A DNA stretch of 64,000 nucleotides, taken from the NCBI RefSeq assembly GCF_009914755.1, contig NC_060930.1; one strand, 5' to 3'. Within the stretch, counting starts at the first letter, position 1; each line of letters begins with the position of its first letter. Positions 1-13,861 of the stretch are shown piece by piece. Below the pieces are notes generated by a model. It ran no database searches. It had not been told where the DNA came from and was given only the letters and a program-made list of their open reading frames with translations. The position numbers and the translations under genes were made by a program. The DNA is from the human T2T-CHM13v2.0 reference genome, Homo sapiens.

Positions 1-3000
1 CAAGAGAATACAGTTAAACAATTCAACAAAATCAGAAAAAAAATAGGAAATTCAACAAAGTTAGCATTTTTGGAAAGTGCAAACAGAAATCTTGGAACTG
101 AAGAACTTAAATGAAAAATACAATTGAGAGTTTCAGCAACAGACTACATCAAGCAAAAGAAAGAATTTCTGAATTTGAAGGTAGATCTTTTGAAATAATC
201 CAGCCAGAGGGTGGAAAAAAAATAAGAATAAAAAAGAATGAAGCAAACCTATGGAACTTAAGAGTTGCATTTAAATATACAAATATTCACATAATATTTA
301 TAGAGGGTGAGAAGAGATGGAGGAAAGGCGCAGAAAACATATTTAATGAAATAGTAGCTGAAAATTGCTCAAGTTGGGAGAGATATGTATATTCAGATCC
401 AGGAAGCTCTGGAGTTTCAAATAGATTAAATTCAAAAGGTCCTCTCCAAGACATATTATAATCAAACTGTCAGAAGTCAAAGAGAATTCTAAAAGCAGAA
501 AAAGTGCCTTGTCACATGTAAGGGTATCTTCATTAGATTATCAACGGATTTCTCAGCAGAAGCCTTGCAGGTTAGTAGAGAATGGATGGTATAGTCAAAA
601 TGCTGAAAGAACAAAACCTGTCAGCTAAGAATACTGTACCCAGCAAAGCTATCCTTCAGAAATGAACGTGAAATAAACTCTTTCCCAGACAAGGAAAAGC
701 TGAGATAATTCATCACCACTAGATTGGCCTAACAAGAAATGATTATGCTGAGTCCTACAGCAAGAAGTGAAAAGCAGGTAATTACTGTCATGAAAACATC
801 AGAAATTATAAAACTCACAGATAGAGATAAATTTGTAATCAAACTCGTAATACTCCAATACTATGATGATGCTGTGTAAATCTTTCAGACCTCAACTCTG
901 AAGGTTAAAAGTCAAAATAGTAATAACTACAGCCACAAGTAGTTGTTAAGGAGCACCCAATAAATAAGGAGATATATAACAAAAATGTTACTTTGTTGAG
1001 AGAAGGGTTGAGAAATGTTGAGAGAAGGGTAAAAGTCTAGAATATTTTTATGCAGCTAAAGTTAAGTTGTTATCAGCTTAAAATAGTCTGTTGTAACCAC
1101 ATGATTATTTATGTTACACTCATGATAACCACCAAGAAATAAATCACAGCAGATGCACAAACAAGAAAGAGAAAGGAATCAAAACTTAGTACCATAGAAA
1201 AACCATCAAACCACAAAGCCAAACAAGAAAGGAAGAATGTAACAAAGGATACAGAAAAGCAAGAAAGCAGTTAACAAAATGGCAAGAGTAAGTTTTACCT
1301 GTCAGTAATTACCTTGAATGTAAGTGGATTAAATTTCCCAATTATAAAAGATATAGCATGAATGAAAAAAGAAAAACTTTATGCTACCTACTATAGGCTC
1401 ACGTCACTTGTACAGATACACATAGACTGAAAGTGAAAGTATGGAAAAAGATATTTCATGCAAACCGAAACCAAAAATGAGCAGGTTTATAAAATATCAG
1501 ATAAAATAGGCGTTAAATCAAAAACTGTAAAAAATGACCAAAAAAGTCATTATGTAACAATGAAGGGATCAATTTAGCATGAGGATTTAAGAATTACAAA
1601 TATATATGCATTGAACACTAGAGCACACAAATTATTACTACATCTAAAGGGAGAGAGAAACTGCAGTAGGTAAGTAGTAGAGGAATTCAACACCCTACTT
1701 TCAGCAATAGACACATCATCCAGGCAGAAAATCAGCAAAGAAACAATGGATTTAAATTGCAATGTAGACGAAGTGGATCTAACATACATTTATAGAATAT
1801 TCCATCCAATAGCTGCAGATGCATATTCTTCTGCACTGTGCATGGAACATTCTTGAGGAGAGATCATATGTTAGGTCAAGAGCAAGTATTAACACATGTG
1901 AGAAGATAGAGATCATATCAAGTAGCTTTTTTGGCCACAGTGGTATAAAACTAGAAATGATTAACAAGAGAAACTTTGGAAACTGTAAAAATACATGGAC
2001 ATTACTCATCATGCTCTGAATAGCCAATGAGTCAATAAAGACGTTGAAAATGGAAAATAAATGATTCTTGAGACAACATGGGAAAACACAATATACTGAG
2101 GCCTATGGAATACAGCAAAAGCAGTCCTAAGAGGAAAATTTGTAGCAATAAATACTTCCATCAGAAAAGCACAATAATCTCAAATAGACAACCTAACATT
2201 GCACCTCAAGGAACTAGAAAAAAGTGAACAAACCCAAAATTGGTAGGAAGAAAGAAATAATAATTATCAGAGCCAAAATATACAAAATAGAGACTAAATA
2301 AAAATACAAAGTAGCAATGAAACACAGTTTGTACAAAATAGAGACTAAATAAAAATACCAAATATCAATGAAACACAGTTTGTTTTCTGAAAAGTTAAAA
2401 TCAAACCTTTAGTAAGATTAAGAAAAAGAGATGACTCAAATTAATAAATTCAGAGATGAAAAAGGAAACATTACAACCCGTACAATGGAAACGATCACAA
2501 GAAACTATGATGAATAATTATATGCCAACAAATTGAGTAATCTAAAAAAAAAAAAGTGTCTGAAGTTCTGGGCACATACAGCCTACCAAGATTGACTTAG
2601 GAAGAAATGGAAAATTTCAACAGACCAATAACAAGCGAGGGAATTGAATCAGTAATAAAAGTAGTGTCCCAGTAAAGAAAAGCCCAGACCTGGACATATT
2701 CAGTGCTGAGTTTTAGTAAACATACAAAGAAGAATATCAGTCTACCTCAAACTGTTTCAAAAAATTGAAGAGAAGGGAATTCTTCCAGACTCATTATACG
2801 AAACCAGCATTATTCTCTTACCAATACTAATTCCTGAAACTATTCTAAAAAATTGAAGAGAATCCTCCCTAACTCATTCTATGAGGCCAGCATCACCCTG
2901 ATACCAAAACCCAGTAACACACAACAAAAAAAGAAAACTATCAACAGTACCTCTCTGATGAACATAGATGCAAAATTTTTTAACAAAGTACTAGCAAACT

Positions 3001-4648
3001 GAATTAAACAGTACATTAAAAAGATCATGTACCACAATCAAGTGGGATTCATCCTAGGGAATTTCTTGTGCACTTTCACCAGTTCTGTCCAACATAGTAC
3101 TGGAAGTCTTAGCCAGAGCAATTAAGCAAGACAAAGCCATCCAGATTGGAAAGGAGAGAGTCAAATTATCCCTGTTTGCAAACAGAATGACGTTTTATTT
3201 ATATAGAAAATCCTAAAGACTCAACTGAAAAACTGTTAAGACTAATAAGTGAAATTAATAAAGTTGCAGGATAGAAAATGTATGGTAGTCAGTAACATTT
3301 CTATATGCTAATAGTGAACTAACTGAAAAAGAAGTCAAGAAGACAATCTCATTTACAATAGCTACTGAAAAAAGATAGCTAGGATTAAATTTAACAAAGG
3401 AGATAAAAGATCTCTACACTGATAACTATAAAACATTGAGGAAAGAAATTGAAGAGCACAAATGGAAGTGTATCTTTTTCATGGATTGGAAGAATTAATA
3501 TTGTTAAAATGTCCACACTAACCAAAATGAGCCACAGATTCCATGTATTTCCTATCAAAAACCAATGACATTGTTGACAAAAATAGGAAACTTTCTAAAA
3601 TTTATATGAAACCACAAAAAATGTAAATAGTGAAAGTAATATTTATCCAAACAAGTAAACACAAAACACGGTGCTGAAGACATCACACTACCAGACTTCA
3701 AAATATGCTACAAAACTGTGGTAATCAAAACAGCATGGTATTGGCATAAAAAGAGATGCATAGACCAATGGTGTGGAATAGAGAGCCCAGAAATAAATCT
3801 GTGTATCTATAGCCAGTTGATTTCCAAGAAAGATACAAAGAACAAAAATTGGAAGGACATTCTTTTCAATAAATGCTGCTGGGAAAATAGGATATCCACA
3901 TGGATAAGACTAAAGCCACACTCCTTTCACCAAACACAAAAATCTGCTAAAAAATGTATTAAAGACTTAAATGTAAGACCTGAAAGTATGAAACTACTGG
4001 AAGAATACATGGGAAATGCTTCACGATATGGGACTGGGCAAAGATTTTTTTGGATAGAACCTCAAAAGTGTAGGCAACAAAAGCCAAAATAGAAAAATGG
4101 AATTACATCCAATTAAAAAGATTCTTCAGAGCAAAGGAAACAGTCAACCAAGTGAAGAGACAGTCTACAGAATGAGAGAAAATATTTGTAAACTATACAT
4201 CTAACTAAAGATTAATATACAGAATATATAAGGAACTCAGTTCAATAGCCAAAAAAAAAAAATCTGATAAAAATTGGGCAGAAAACCTTTAACAGACATT
4301 CCTCAAAAGAAGAAATACAAATGACCAATCAGGCATATGAAGAAATGTTCGACATCACTAATCATCAGGGAAATACAAATAATACCACAATAAGATATCA
4401 CCTCACTCCAGTTAGAATGGCAGTTATCAAACAAGACAAAAGATAAAAGTGTTAGTATATGGAGAAAAGGGAACCTATACATATAGTTGATGGAATGTAA
4501 ATTAGTGCAGCCATTATTGAAAATCATATGGAGGTTCCCCAAAAAGTTAAAAATAGAACTACCATATGATCCAACAATCTCATTACTTTATGCATATCTG
4601 AGGGAAATGAAATCAGTATGTTGAAGCAATATCTGCACTCCCATGTTC
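1..4648 (+). mobile_element. Old LINE-1 (L1M/L1MA-like), degenerate ORF1 and ORF2 remnants, 3' end missing
   Basis: ORF1-like peptide 111-461; EN/RT-like sequence; ORF2 C-terminal KTAWYWHK at 3718-4092; many stops and frameshifts. Confidence 0.93.
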
Positions 4649-5829
4649 CCTTTGTGATTATGGCACTTGGTCTTACGTCTGTTAAGAAAAAGTCCACAGG
4701 CATATATGTATGTAATTTCATCTAATGAGTAAAGATCTCTTTGAGTCTATGGACTTTTACAATTTGAAGTGCCTCATCAGTTAACCTTACCCTTTTTCAT
4801 GTTACTTTTGGTATGTCAGTCAAAAAGTTTTAACCTTAAATGGTTGATTTTTGCTTTATCACTGTCTTCAGAAATAGTCATTCTACAACCCAGCCCAGAT
4901 TTATCTATATTATCTTTAGTCTCTCAAAACTAGAATATTTTCTCCCAGTCTTAATCCCCAAATCTCACACCTAACTATGATAAATTGCCATTCACTTTCT
5001 TGTTTTTAAGATAAGATTTTGACTTGCATTTGCTTAGTACAATTCTGATGTCTTCTCCCTACACTGTATAATAAACTAGTGGATAATTCTACCTGTAGTA
5101 AGTGGTCAAATACAGGGAGCAATCAAGCCAGCTCACATGGTGAGATTACCACACTGCTTTGTGTTCTCGTGACTTCAGACCTGCTACTGCTGTATTTTTA
5201 ATCACTTGTCTGGGGAAAGGTGACTATTATAGCTTTGTGTTATAATCCCGTATTGCCAGAAAATTATGTCTACTAGATTGATAACTCTGTCTTTTGACAT
5301 TAGAACACCTCTTTTAGTAGCTGTGTAAGTATATGCCCAAGATTGGACTTATCCATGACTCAATTTGAAGTGCTAAAATCCTTGCCCCTCTATTTCTAGG
5401 CTATTCCCTATATTTGTTTTTTAATTCATCACTGTTGAATTTAAACTGATATTACATATATAATGAAGCCTAATGTTATATGCCTACTGTTAGCACCTAC
5501 AAAATGATTTCCTGCCAGTTCCGAACCCTTTAGAGTCAAAACTCCCAACACTGGTATTTTGTCTTGAAAGACACCAAAATAAACAAGTAGAAAAGAGGGC
5601 TAGGAGATTCTGAACAGGCACACACCTACAAAAAGAAAGCCAGCATAATACGCTCTGAGGCTAAGATAGTTTGGTTTGATAGTTCGGGGCTACAGAACAA
5701 TTGATGAGAATGATAACAGAAGGAAGGCCAGGAGATATATTGTAGGAAGGATTAATTTGTGAGAGTACCTTATTAGCATCATTTCAAACACAAGCCAGGA
5801 TGCAGGGACATTAAAAGAAAGAAAAACAA

Positions 5830-6080
5830 GGCCAGGCATGGTGCCTCATGCCTGTAATCCCAGCACTTTGGGAGGCCTAGGTGGGCAGATCATGAGGTCA
5901 GGAGTTTGAGACCAGCCTGGCCAATATGGTGAAACCCCGACTCTCCTAAAAATGGAGAAATTAGCCAGGCATGGTGGCATGTACCTGTAATCCCAGCTAC
6001 TCAGGAGGCTGAGGCAGGAGAATCACTTGAACCCAGGAGGCGGAGGTTACAGTGAGCCAAGATGGTGCCATTGTACTCCA
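5830..6080 (+). mobile_element. AluS (Sg-like), lacking the 3' end and A-tail
   Basis: GGCCAGGCATGGTG…dimer that stops at CCATTGTACTCCA. Confidence 0.93.
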
Positions 6081-6455
6081 AATTGGTGGATTCACAAGGG
6101 AAAATGCATACTGGCGTATAACATGTATTTGGTGAGATACAGATATCAATTATGTCTTTATTGATTTTTATAATCAGGTTTTTTACATAGTAAATACAAA
6201 TATAGGAGTGAGTATGCTTTCCTTTTTGATGTCATAGATAATTCAGTAGTGAAAATCTTTTGTTGAGCTATTTCATTATAATGAATTTCCCATGGTGAAA
6301 TTTTGAAGGAAAGAGGTTTTCCGTGGCTCTCGACAAATTGCCATATTGCTTTTCAGTAGTATCTGTGTATACTTTAAAGAAGTGAGTATAAAATATACCA
6401 ATTTCATAAATAATCTGATCAGTATAGGATGATTTTTGTTTTGTCAATTTAGTAC

Positions 6456-6817
6456 TGATATGGTTTGACTGTGTTCTCACCCACATCTCATCTTGAGTTG
6501 TAGTTCCCTTAATCCCCATGTGAAGTGGGAGGGATTTGGTGGGAGGTAATTGAATCATGAGGGTGGTTTCCCCCATGCTATTCTCATGATAGAGAGTAAG
6601 TTCTCATGAGATCTGATAGTTTTATAAGAGGCTTCCCCCTTTGCTCGGCTCTCTGTCATGTGAAGAAGGACATATTTGCTGCACCTTCCACCATGATGGT
6701 AAGTTCCCTGAGGCCTCCCCAGCCATGCTGAACTGTGAGTCAATTAAACCTCTTTTCTTTGTGAATTACTCAGTCTCAGATATGTCTTTATTAGCAGCAG
6801 GAGAACTAACTAATACA
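6456..6817 (+). mobile_element. THE1 (THE1C/D-like) MaLR 5' LTR
   Basis: TGATATGGTTTG…CTAATACA termini, about 362 bp, TTTATAAG and ATTAAA signals. Confidence 0.93.
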
Positions 6818-8220
6818 GTAAATTGGCACCAGGAGTGGGGCACTGCTGAAAAGATATCCAAAAATGTGGAAGTGACTATGGAACTGGGTAACACGCAGAA
6901 GTTGGAACAGTTTGGAGGGTTCGGAAGAAGACAGAAAGATGTAGGCGAGTTTGCAGCTTCCTAGAGACTTGAAGGACTCAGAAGACCGAAAGATATGGGA
7001 AAGTTTCGAACTTCCTAGAGACTTGTTGAATGGGTTTGACCAAAATGCTGATAGTGATGTGGACAGTGAAGTCCAGGCTGGGGTGGTCTCAGATGGAGCT
7101 GAGGGACTTGTTGGAAACTGGATCTATGGTGAGTCTTACTGTGCTTTAGCAAAGAGACTGGTGGCTTTTTGCCCCTGTCCTAGAGATCTGTGGAACTTTG
7201 AACTTGAGAGAGATTATTTGGTGTTATCTGGTGGAAGAAATTTCTAAGCAGCAAAGTGTTCAAGGGGAAGCAGAGCATAAAAGTTTGGAAACTTTGCAGC
7301 CTGATGATGTTCTAGAAAAGAAAAACCCATTTTCTGGGAAGAAATTCAAACCTGCTGCAGAAATTAGCGTAAGTAATGAGGAGCTGAATGTTAATCAACA
7401 AGACAATAGGGTAAATGCCTCCAGGGCATGTCACAAACCTTCACAGCAGTCCCTTCCATCACAGGCCCAGAGGCCTAGGAGAAAAAAATGTTTTCGAGGG
7501 CCAGATCCAGGGTCTTGCCGCTTTGTGCAGTCTCTGGACTTGGTGCCCTGTGTCCCAGCCATGGCTAAAAGGGGTCAACATAGAGCTCAGGCCATTGCTT
7601 CAGAGGGTGCAAGCCCCAAGCCTTGGCAGCTTATATGTGGTGTTGGGTCTGCAAATACTCAAAAGTCGAGAATTGAGGTTTGGGAACCTCCACCTAGATT
7701 TCAGAGCATGTTTGGAAATCCCTGGATGTCCAGGCAGAAGTTTGCTGCAGGGGTGAAAGCCTTGTGGAGAACCTCTACTAGGGCAGTGTGGATGGGAAAT
7801 GTGGAGTCGGTGCCCCCACACAGAGTCCCCAGTGGAACACTGCCTAGTAGAGCTGTGAGAAGAGGGCCACCATCCTCCAGACCCCAGAATGGTAGATCCA
7901 CTGACAGCTTCCACCATGCACCTGGACAAGCTGCAGACACTCAACACCAACCCATGAAAGCAACCAGGAGGGGTCTGTACCCTGCAAAGCCACAGGGGCA
8001 GAGCTGTCAAGACCATGGGAACCCACCTCTTGCATCAGAGTGACCTGGACGTGAGACAAGAAGTCAAAGGAGATCATTTTGGAAATTTAAGGATTAATGA
8101 TGGCCCTTTTGGATTTTGGATTTGCATGAGGCCTGTAGCCCCTTAATTTTGGCCAATTTCTCCCATTTGGAATGGGAGAAATTGGAATTTACCCAATGCC
8201 TGTATCCCCATTGTATCTAG
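6818..8220 (+). mobile_element. THE1-int internal sequence, 3'-truncated, no 3' LTR
   Basis: Starts GTAAATTGGCACCAG; MaLR-int-type ORF 7198..8043; similarity ends at CCATTGTATCTAG. Confidence 0.9.
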
Positions 8221-9504
8221 CTAGAGTTACGTGGTTTCAGATTACATCCAGAGTGTGAGGGGGTATGAGGCTTGGATTGAGATCCTCAATAGCATCCTCA
8301 CATTCCCCCCACAAACCCAGTGATAGAGTAAGTCAAGTAATAGTATTAGAAGTCTCAATTTTTGTGCTAGGCTAGTGTTGCTCAAATTATGGCTGTAAAG
8401 AGTTCCTGTGTGCTAAATGATCTAAGACAAGATAAGTACAGAAATCAAGACTGAGTGTAGACACTTGAATGCCACTTGACATTGTTGCAGCATTTACATA
8501 CGTATTCACAGTTTGTGTTTGTTTGTTTTACAAAAGCATAGCTTTTCAACAAATTTAAAAAAAAATTTAAATACTTCTTGACCACAGTTTGGAAAGCAGT
8601 GTTCAAGGCAACATGTATTTAGACAAGTACATCAAATTCATCTTCTGATATTTTCAATTTTATTTCTTTTTTCCTCTCAGCCCTTCTATTAAAGAGATTT
8701 TTGAAAATGTTGTTTTGGATTATTTCATTTTGATTTGGTAGATTAAAAAACTTAGTAGAAAAAGATTATTAATATTTTTCGAGTGTCCACAAGTTTGGTT
8801 TTTACTCTAACAATTTATGCATATGAACCTATTTTAATTGACATATAATCTGCAAAATAAATCTAAACTTTTTTATTTTGTGTGAAAAATAATTTAATAC
8901 CAAATAGGAGAGTGTGAATTTCTATTAGACTTTTCAAATTAGGTATTAATAGTTTATGTTTGAAATTTGAGTTAAGAATTTTAGGAATTTGATATAGGGT
9001 CTTGTAAAATCAATAATTATTTATTCATTCAGTAAATACATATGTCTCTGGACTTCCTGCTAAGCACTAGGAGTAGAGTGGTAAAGTTTAGGTATTAGTT
9101 ACCAGGTAGCTCTCAAGAGCTAAGGTATAATTCTGCTTACCAAACATATAGTTATTAAGTGTTCCCTCTAAAATGGAATTGTACATTTCCATTTGAAAAA
9201 AAATTGTTGAGGGTTTGGTAAAATCAGTAATGCAGACAATTAGTAATGTAGACAATGTCATATGAGATTGACTAGAGCTTAAATCCCAATTTTTTAAATA
9301 CATGGAGATATTGAATAATATAGGTACTAATTATGCAGAACAATTATTAAAATGGCACAGCAATTAAATTCCACCCTGCTGTAGGTATGTTCCCCAAATC
9401 TGGCCATGTGTGGGAAGCATCTGAAATCCTGGGCCCCATGCTCCAGCATTTCCAGTCCATTAAGTCTGGTGAGGCAGTGATCAGCTCAGCTGTAGGGTTA
9501 GTGG

Positions 9505-9890
9505 TATTTTGAATATTTCTTTGACAAGCACCTTGGGGTACCTAGCTGTGGTTTTGGGGATGCAGAGCTAGAACATGCAAAGCAGATAAACATTGACAGT
9601 GAAATGTGGTAATGCTGAGTAGAGGTATACAGAAGGTAGCTAGGAACATGGAGGGGGCCCCCAACTCTGCCAGGGTGGCTGGGCTGGGAAAGGTTTCTCT
9701 GAGGAGGTGATGATTGGAATGAGTTTTGAAGGAGGAACAGGAACTGACTAAACAGAAAACGAGGAAAAGTACATCTGTCAATGAACAACTCAACTGAATG
9801 CTATCATACAAAAGTAATTGTGGAGATGAAAAGGAGGAGACAGATTCTAGAGATCCTAATGGAGTAAACAGGATGTGTCTGCATGATTTG
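9505..9890 (-). mobile_element. LINE-2 3' fragment
   Basis: Degenerate antisense L2 3'-end similarity judged by eye. Confidence 0.55.
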
Positions 9891-9909
9891 GAGTCCTTTC
9901 ACCCATTAT

Positions 9910-10296
9910 CATGTCCTGGCTTACTCACTGTCCTGCAGTCCCAATGGCCTGTTAGTTCCTCAGGTACACCCAGCTCGTTTCTGACCTCTGGTCTTTGTGG
10001 TGGCTATTCCTGCTGACTAGAGTGGACCTCCTTCTTCCACAAACCCAGTTCTTTGAATGGCTGGCTCCTATTCATTTAGGTCCCAGCCCAACTGCCATCC
10101 CTTCTGGGGACTGTCCTCGTCATGCTGTCTCACTATCGCTCCTGTGGCCCTGCCCTCACAGTCAGCCTACCACTGAGCCTTGTATTGATCTTCATAATAT
10201 TAATACCTATCAGTGTGTTGTCTGCGTAGACTAGACATAGGAGCACTGCTTTATTCCCTGGAACACAGGTGCTAAAAATACTTCAGTGAATGAATA
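9910..10296 (+). mobile_element. LINE-2 3' fragment
   Basis: Ends in L2-type …GTGCT…TGAATGAAT tail. Confidence 0.6.
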
Positions 10297-11744
10297 TGTA
10301 GTATTATGGAGCTGAGTTTAACAAATTAGTTATACAAATGGCTTTTTGGATAGAAGTGGCACTTTTAAGTGAAGAAGGCATCATATGGAAACATAGCTTC
10401 AGCTGAACCTATTGTTAAGGCAGGCCTGGGAAGGTAATCATTGGCAGAAAGCGTGTTTACTCCATCAAGTGTCTAGTTTCTTAAAAAATCTAATCAAACT
10501 AGAAGGCTTCCAAACTGACGTCTTTCTAACCTGGCTGTCTTCCAAAATGAGAAGGGTCTTGGTTAACACCCAATATCATTAAAAGGGATTCTACTAAAAT
10601 TCTACTTAAAGTAATCAAGTAAAAACTATTATCTCTAGACCTTATGACATCAAAAGACTTACCTTTTTATTTTAAAAGAATATTAATATTCTTCACCTTT
10701 GTAATTCATGTTACCTAGAAATAGTTGAGATCCCTGGAACTTTTAATACAATTCCAAATGCTTACAAAAACTTTAAATTTTCATAATTTTTGCTGTGAAG
10801 TGCTAAAATATTGAACTTTATTTTATCATTGTATTTATGACTAATTTCTTTTTTAAGATAATTATTAATATTTACTCTTCAAGTTTGAGGCATTATAATG
10901 AAAAAACATATAACCTGTGAAGGCTCACGGGTTGGATGGTTCTTGCCTGGCAATCAGACAGACAATTTTAAAGAGACAGCACATAAAATAACACAAGTAA
11001 AATAGATTTGGCAAATGTTTATTATTATGAAAAGGAAAATTACCTTGGTGACAGGTCAGTTGGCATTTCTTTCAAACTGTTTCTCTTTTGTAAATATAAG
11101 TTTAGAAAATAAGTACAGGCAGCCTACAAAGCCACGGAAGAAAAACTTACTTGCCTTCCGAGGATAAACCTACCTAGCTACCATGGTGTCAAGATTGTAT
11201 AAACTGGTCACCTACCCGGTTTGATCTCCCTGGGTGCTTTGTGGACATTTTATTCTGTAATGTACAGCTATAATCTCTCTTCATTGTTCTGGCATTAATA
11301 ACACAGTTTAAAAAAACAGGTTATATTTAAAAGCACACTTACCAGCTGTTCTCGAAATATTACATATAGAATACCTGGCTCAAGTCTTCCATTCTAAAAA
11401 TTTAACAAGTGTTAGTTCCCCACTGGTCCCTTCATCCCTGTCCTTGGATTATTTGAATTCAGTTGTATGTTGCATCTCAAGGTATAGAAGAGTGGAGATG
11501 TATTCTGTTTATTCGTTATATGTGATAAAAAGTGGAAGAAAATCAAATATACTTTCCTGAGCACGGTCATAATAATTGCAGTATGCTGAGAGGTTGAAAC
11601 ACTGAATGTATGGATATGGTTCTATTTAGGATAACATTTTAAGCTCCCTAACTGCTATTTAGCTAGAGAAACATTATCCAAATCAATTAGTGCTAAAAAA
11701 TAAATGATAGTAAGGTAGCAAATGAGTAGTGCAACACACATTTC

Positions 11745-11960
11745 TACTCATTCATTCCTTTGAAACAATATTTAATTACTACCCACTATATGGCAGGTAC
11801 TGTTCCAGGCACTGTTGTGGATGCAGCAATGAACAAATCACACAAAACCACTGCCCTCATGAAGCATACATTTTAATGAGAAAAACAGTAAGCAAAATAA
11901 ATAAATTTGTGTAGTGATAATTGCTATGGAAAAAATAAAGCAAGGAAAGATACATAAGGG
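11745..11960 (-). mobile_element. LINE-2 (L2a-like) 3' end
   Basis: CATTCATTC…CAGGCACTGT…CTGCCCTCATG L2 motifs. Confidence 0.7.
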
Positions 11961-12214
11961 TGTAGTTTCATAAAAGTATTATGTACACAAGCACATACAT
12001 CTATTGCATTGATATTTAAGTTTACTTATAAACTACATACCCATATGATTACCCATCTAATTAAATTTTAGTGAAGTTGATTTACTCTTGTTTTAGATAA
12101 AAATAAATATAATTTAGTGGTTTTAATGGGTGTTTTTCCCACACACCATGAAGGGAAATTTTCACAATAGATGATAATGACAATTTGATGATATAATAAT
12201 TAAAAGTAGGTGAC

Positions 12215-12420
12215 TCTTACTAAGGATGTGCTGAGCCAGGCACTGTCCAGTTTAAGAATTATCTGAGATTAGATACTTATCACTACATATCCATTTTATA
12301 CATGTAGAAGCTAGGAACAGAGAGGGTAAGCAACATGCCAAAGATCATACAGAAATTAAGCCAGAGCTAAGATTTAAATGCAGTTGGGTTAGTTCCAGAA
12401 CTAGCACTTTTAACCATTAG
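12215..12420 (-). mobile_element. MIR SINE
   Basis: CCATTTTA…GAGAGGGTAAGCAAC…GCCAAAGATCA MIR core. Confidence 0.65.
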
Positions 12421-13378
12421 ATATTATTACGTATGGCTTATAGATGTGAAGACTAAAAATTCTAGAGATGGAAAAGAAGGAAGTAACATCATGAATAATG
12501 GGTAAGGAGGAAGATAGATACACTGACCTTAGATTAAGCATTTAAAAACTAAGAAATCATAAATGGAGATACTTAAGAAAATAATATACAGAAAATTTAA
12601 TTCATCTGTATAATGTACCATAAATAACTTCACCACCAATAAATGGAAAGACAAGTCAAATGCGTGGAAATATACTCAGACCATAATATGTGAAAAAATA
12701 AGCATATATTAATAGTTTTTGAAAATGAGTCTAGATAAATAATTTAGGTTTAATAATGACTAATAGAGAGAATGGGAAAATTAGTTATAACAGAGTTATG
12801 GGGCTAATTAGAATTATCAGGCTGGCAACTGATAAATGTGTGTATGGGAGCTATGGTTTGAGAATGCATCAGCCAAGGTTCTAGAAGAAATTAAGGCATG
12901 ATTTGAGTGACTTCGCAGTTCTCTCAAAAGTGATTTGTATTGAGTACAATTCTTGATGCGTTCTTGAGAATTTAATCCATTACCTACAATGGATGCCTCA
13001 AGGCATTAAGATTCTCTGTGGGAGCTTCTATTGAGAAGGCCTGGTTAGGATTGGAAGTCAAAGCAATACATTTTAGAGACTTTAATCAGCAGAAAGCCAG
13101 AGAGAATTTTATGAAAATTTTATTTAGGAGATAAAGTTTTAGGGAGGTATAAAAGTTAAATTTAGTCAATGTTTATTTTTATTGCAGGTTAATTTTCAGC
13201 AATTCACTTGGGTCTTAACTAATCCAATTAAAAATTCCATGAGACAATTCAATTATATGATGTGTAAAAATGTTAGAATTTAAGATTTTGTTATTTCACT
13301 AAATTAAAAAATTATGATGTAGCAAGAAAATTATCTTTACTATGCCATTAATAATCTTAATATGTATTTTATTTCCAG

Positions 13379-13533
13379 GGAGCCTTTTATTATTTTATCA
13401 GGAGGTTTGTCATATGATACTGTAGGAAGAAGACCTTGCTTAACAGTGATGCATGGGAAAAGCACTGCTGTGCTAGAAATGGACTATTCAATTGTTGATT
13501 TTCTAACGCTGTGTGAAACACCATACCCAAATG
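13379..13533 (+). CDS. STXBP5: STXBP5 coding exon (~exon 10), 155 nt, (G)EPFIILSGGLSYDTVGRRPCLTVMHGKSTAVLEMDYSIVDFLTLCETPYPN
   Basis: ttccag| acceptor, G|gtaagc donor, phase 2-1; overlaps ORF 13362..13568. Confidence 0.97.
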
Positions 13534-13775
13534 GTAAGCTTTGCAACTTTAAAGCTCATTCTCTATAGAGAGCTGATATTAAAAAAAAAAAAAAGACCTA
13601 GGTTGTTTAGATAAAACTACTCATCCTATTGTGCTAATTCTTCTGGAGAAGAGCTGCTGCATTCATAATCTACAAACTTTATTTCAGAAGTGGTTTAATA
13701 AATTTAATCTGTTTTGAAGAATAAAAAAACGCTATTCATATTAAGAAACATTTTAAAATTCTGTTAAGATAGTAA

Positions 13776-13824
13776 TGTATTAGTAAGGATTCTCCATAGA
13801 CGCACACACTCATAGGAGAGAAAG

Positions 13825-13861
<37 letters not shown>

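Noticed and set aside
5304-5324. 21-nt in-frame AG…GTAAGT microexon-like segment
   Set aside because: Weak acceptor, competing internal AGs and no supporting motifs; chance level for 64 kb
6910-7025. Tandem repeat of about 55 bp in THE1-int
   Set aside because: As I recall this duplication is part of THE1-int consensus sequences, so it is not locus-specific
7198-8043. 281-aa ORF, the longest in the window
   Set aside because: Lies within THE1-int and is the MaLR internal ORF remnant, not a host gene
9505-10296. Oppositely oriented L2 pair as a miR-28/miR-151-like hairpin source
   Set aside because: The tails point outward rather than tail-to-tail, and the copies are too diverged for a visible stem
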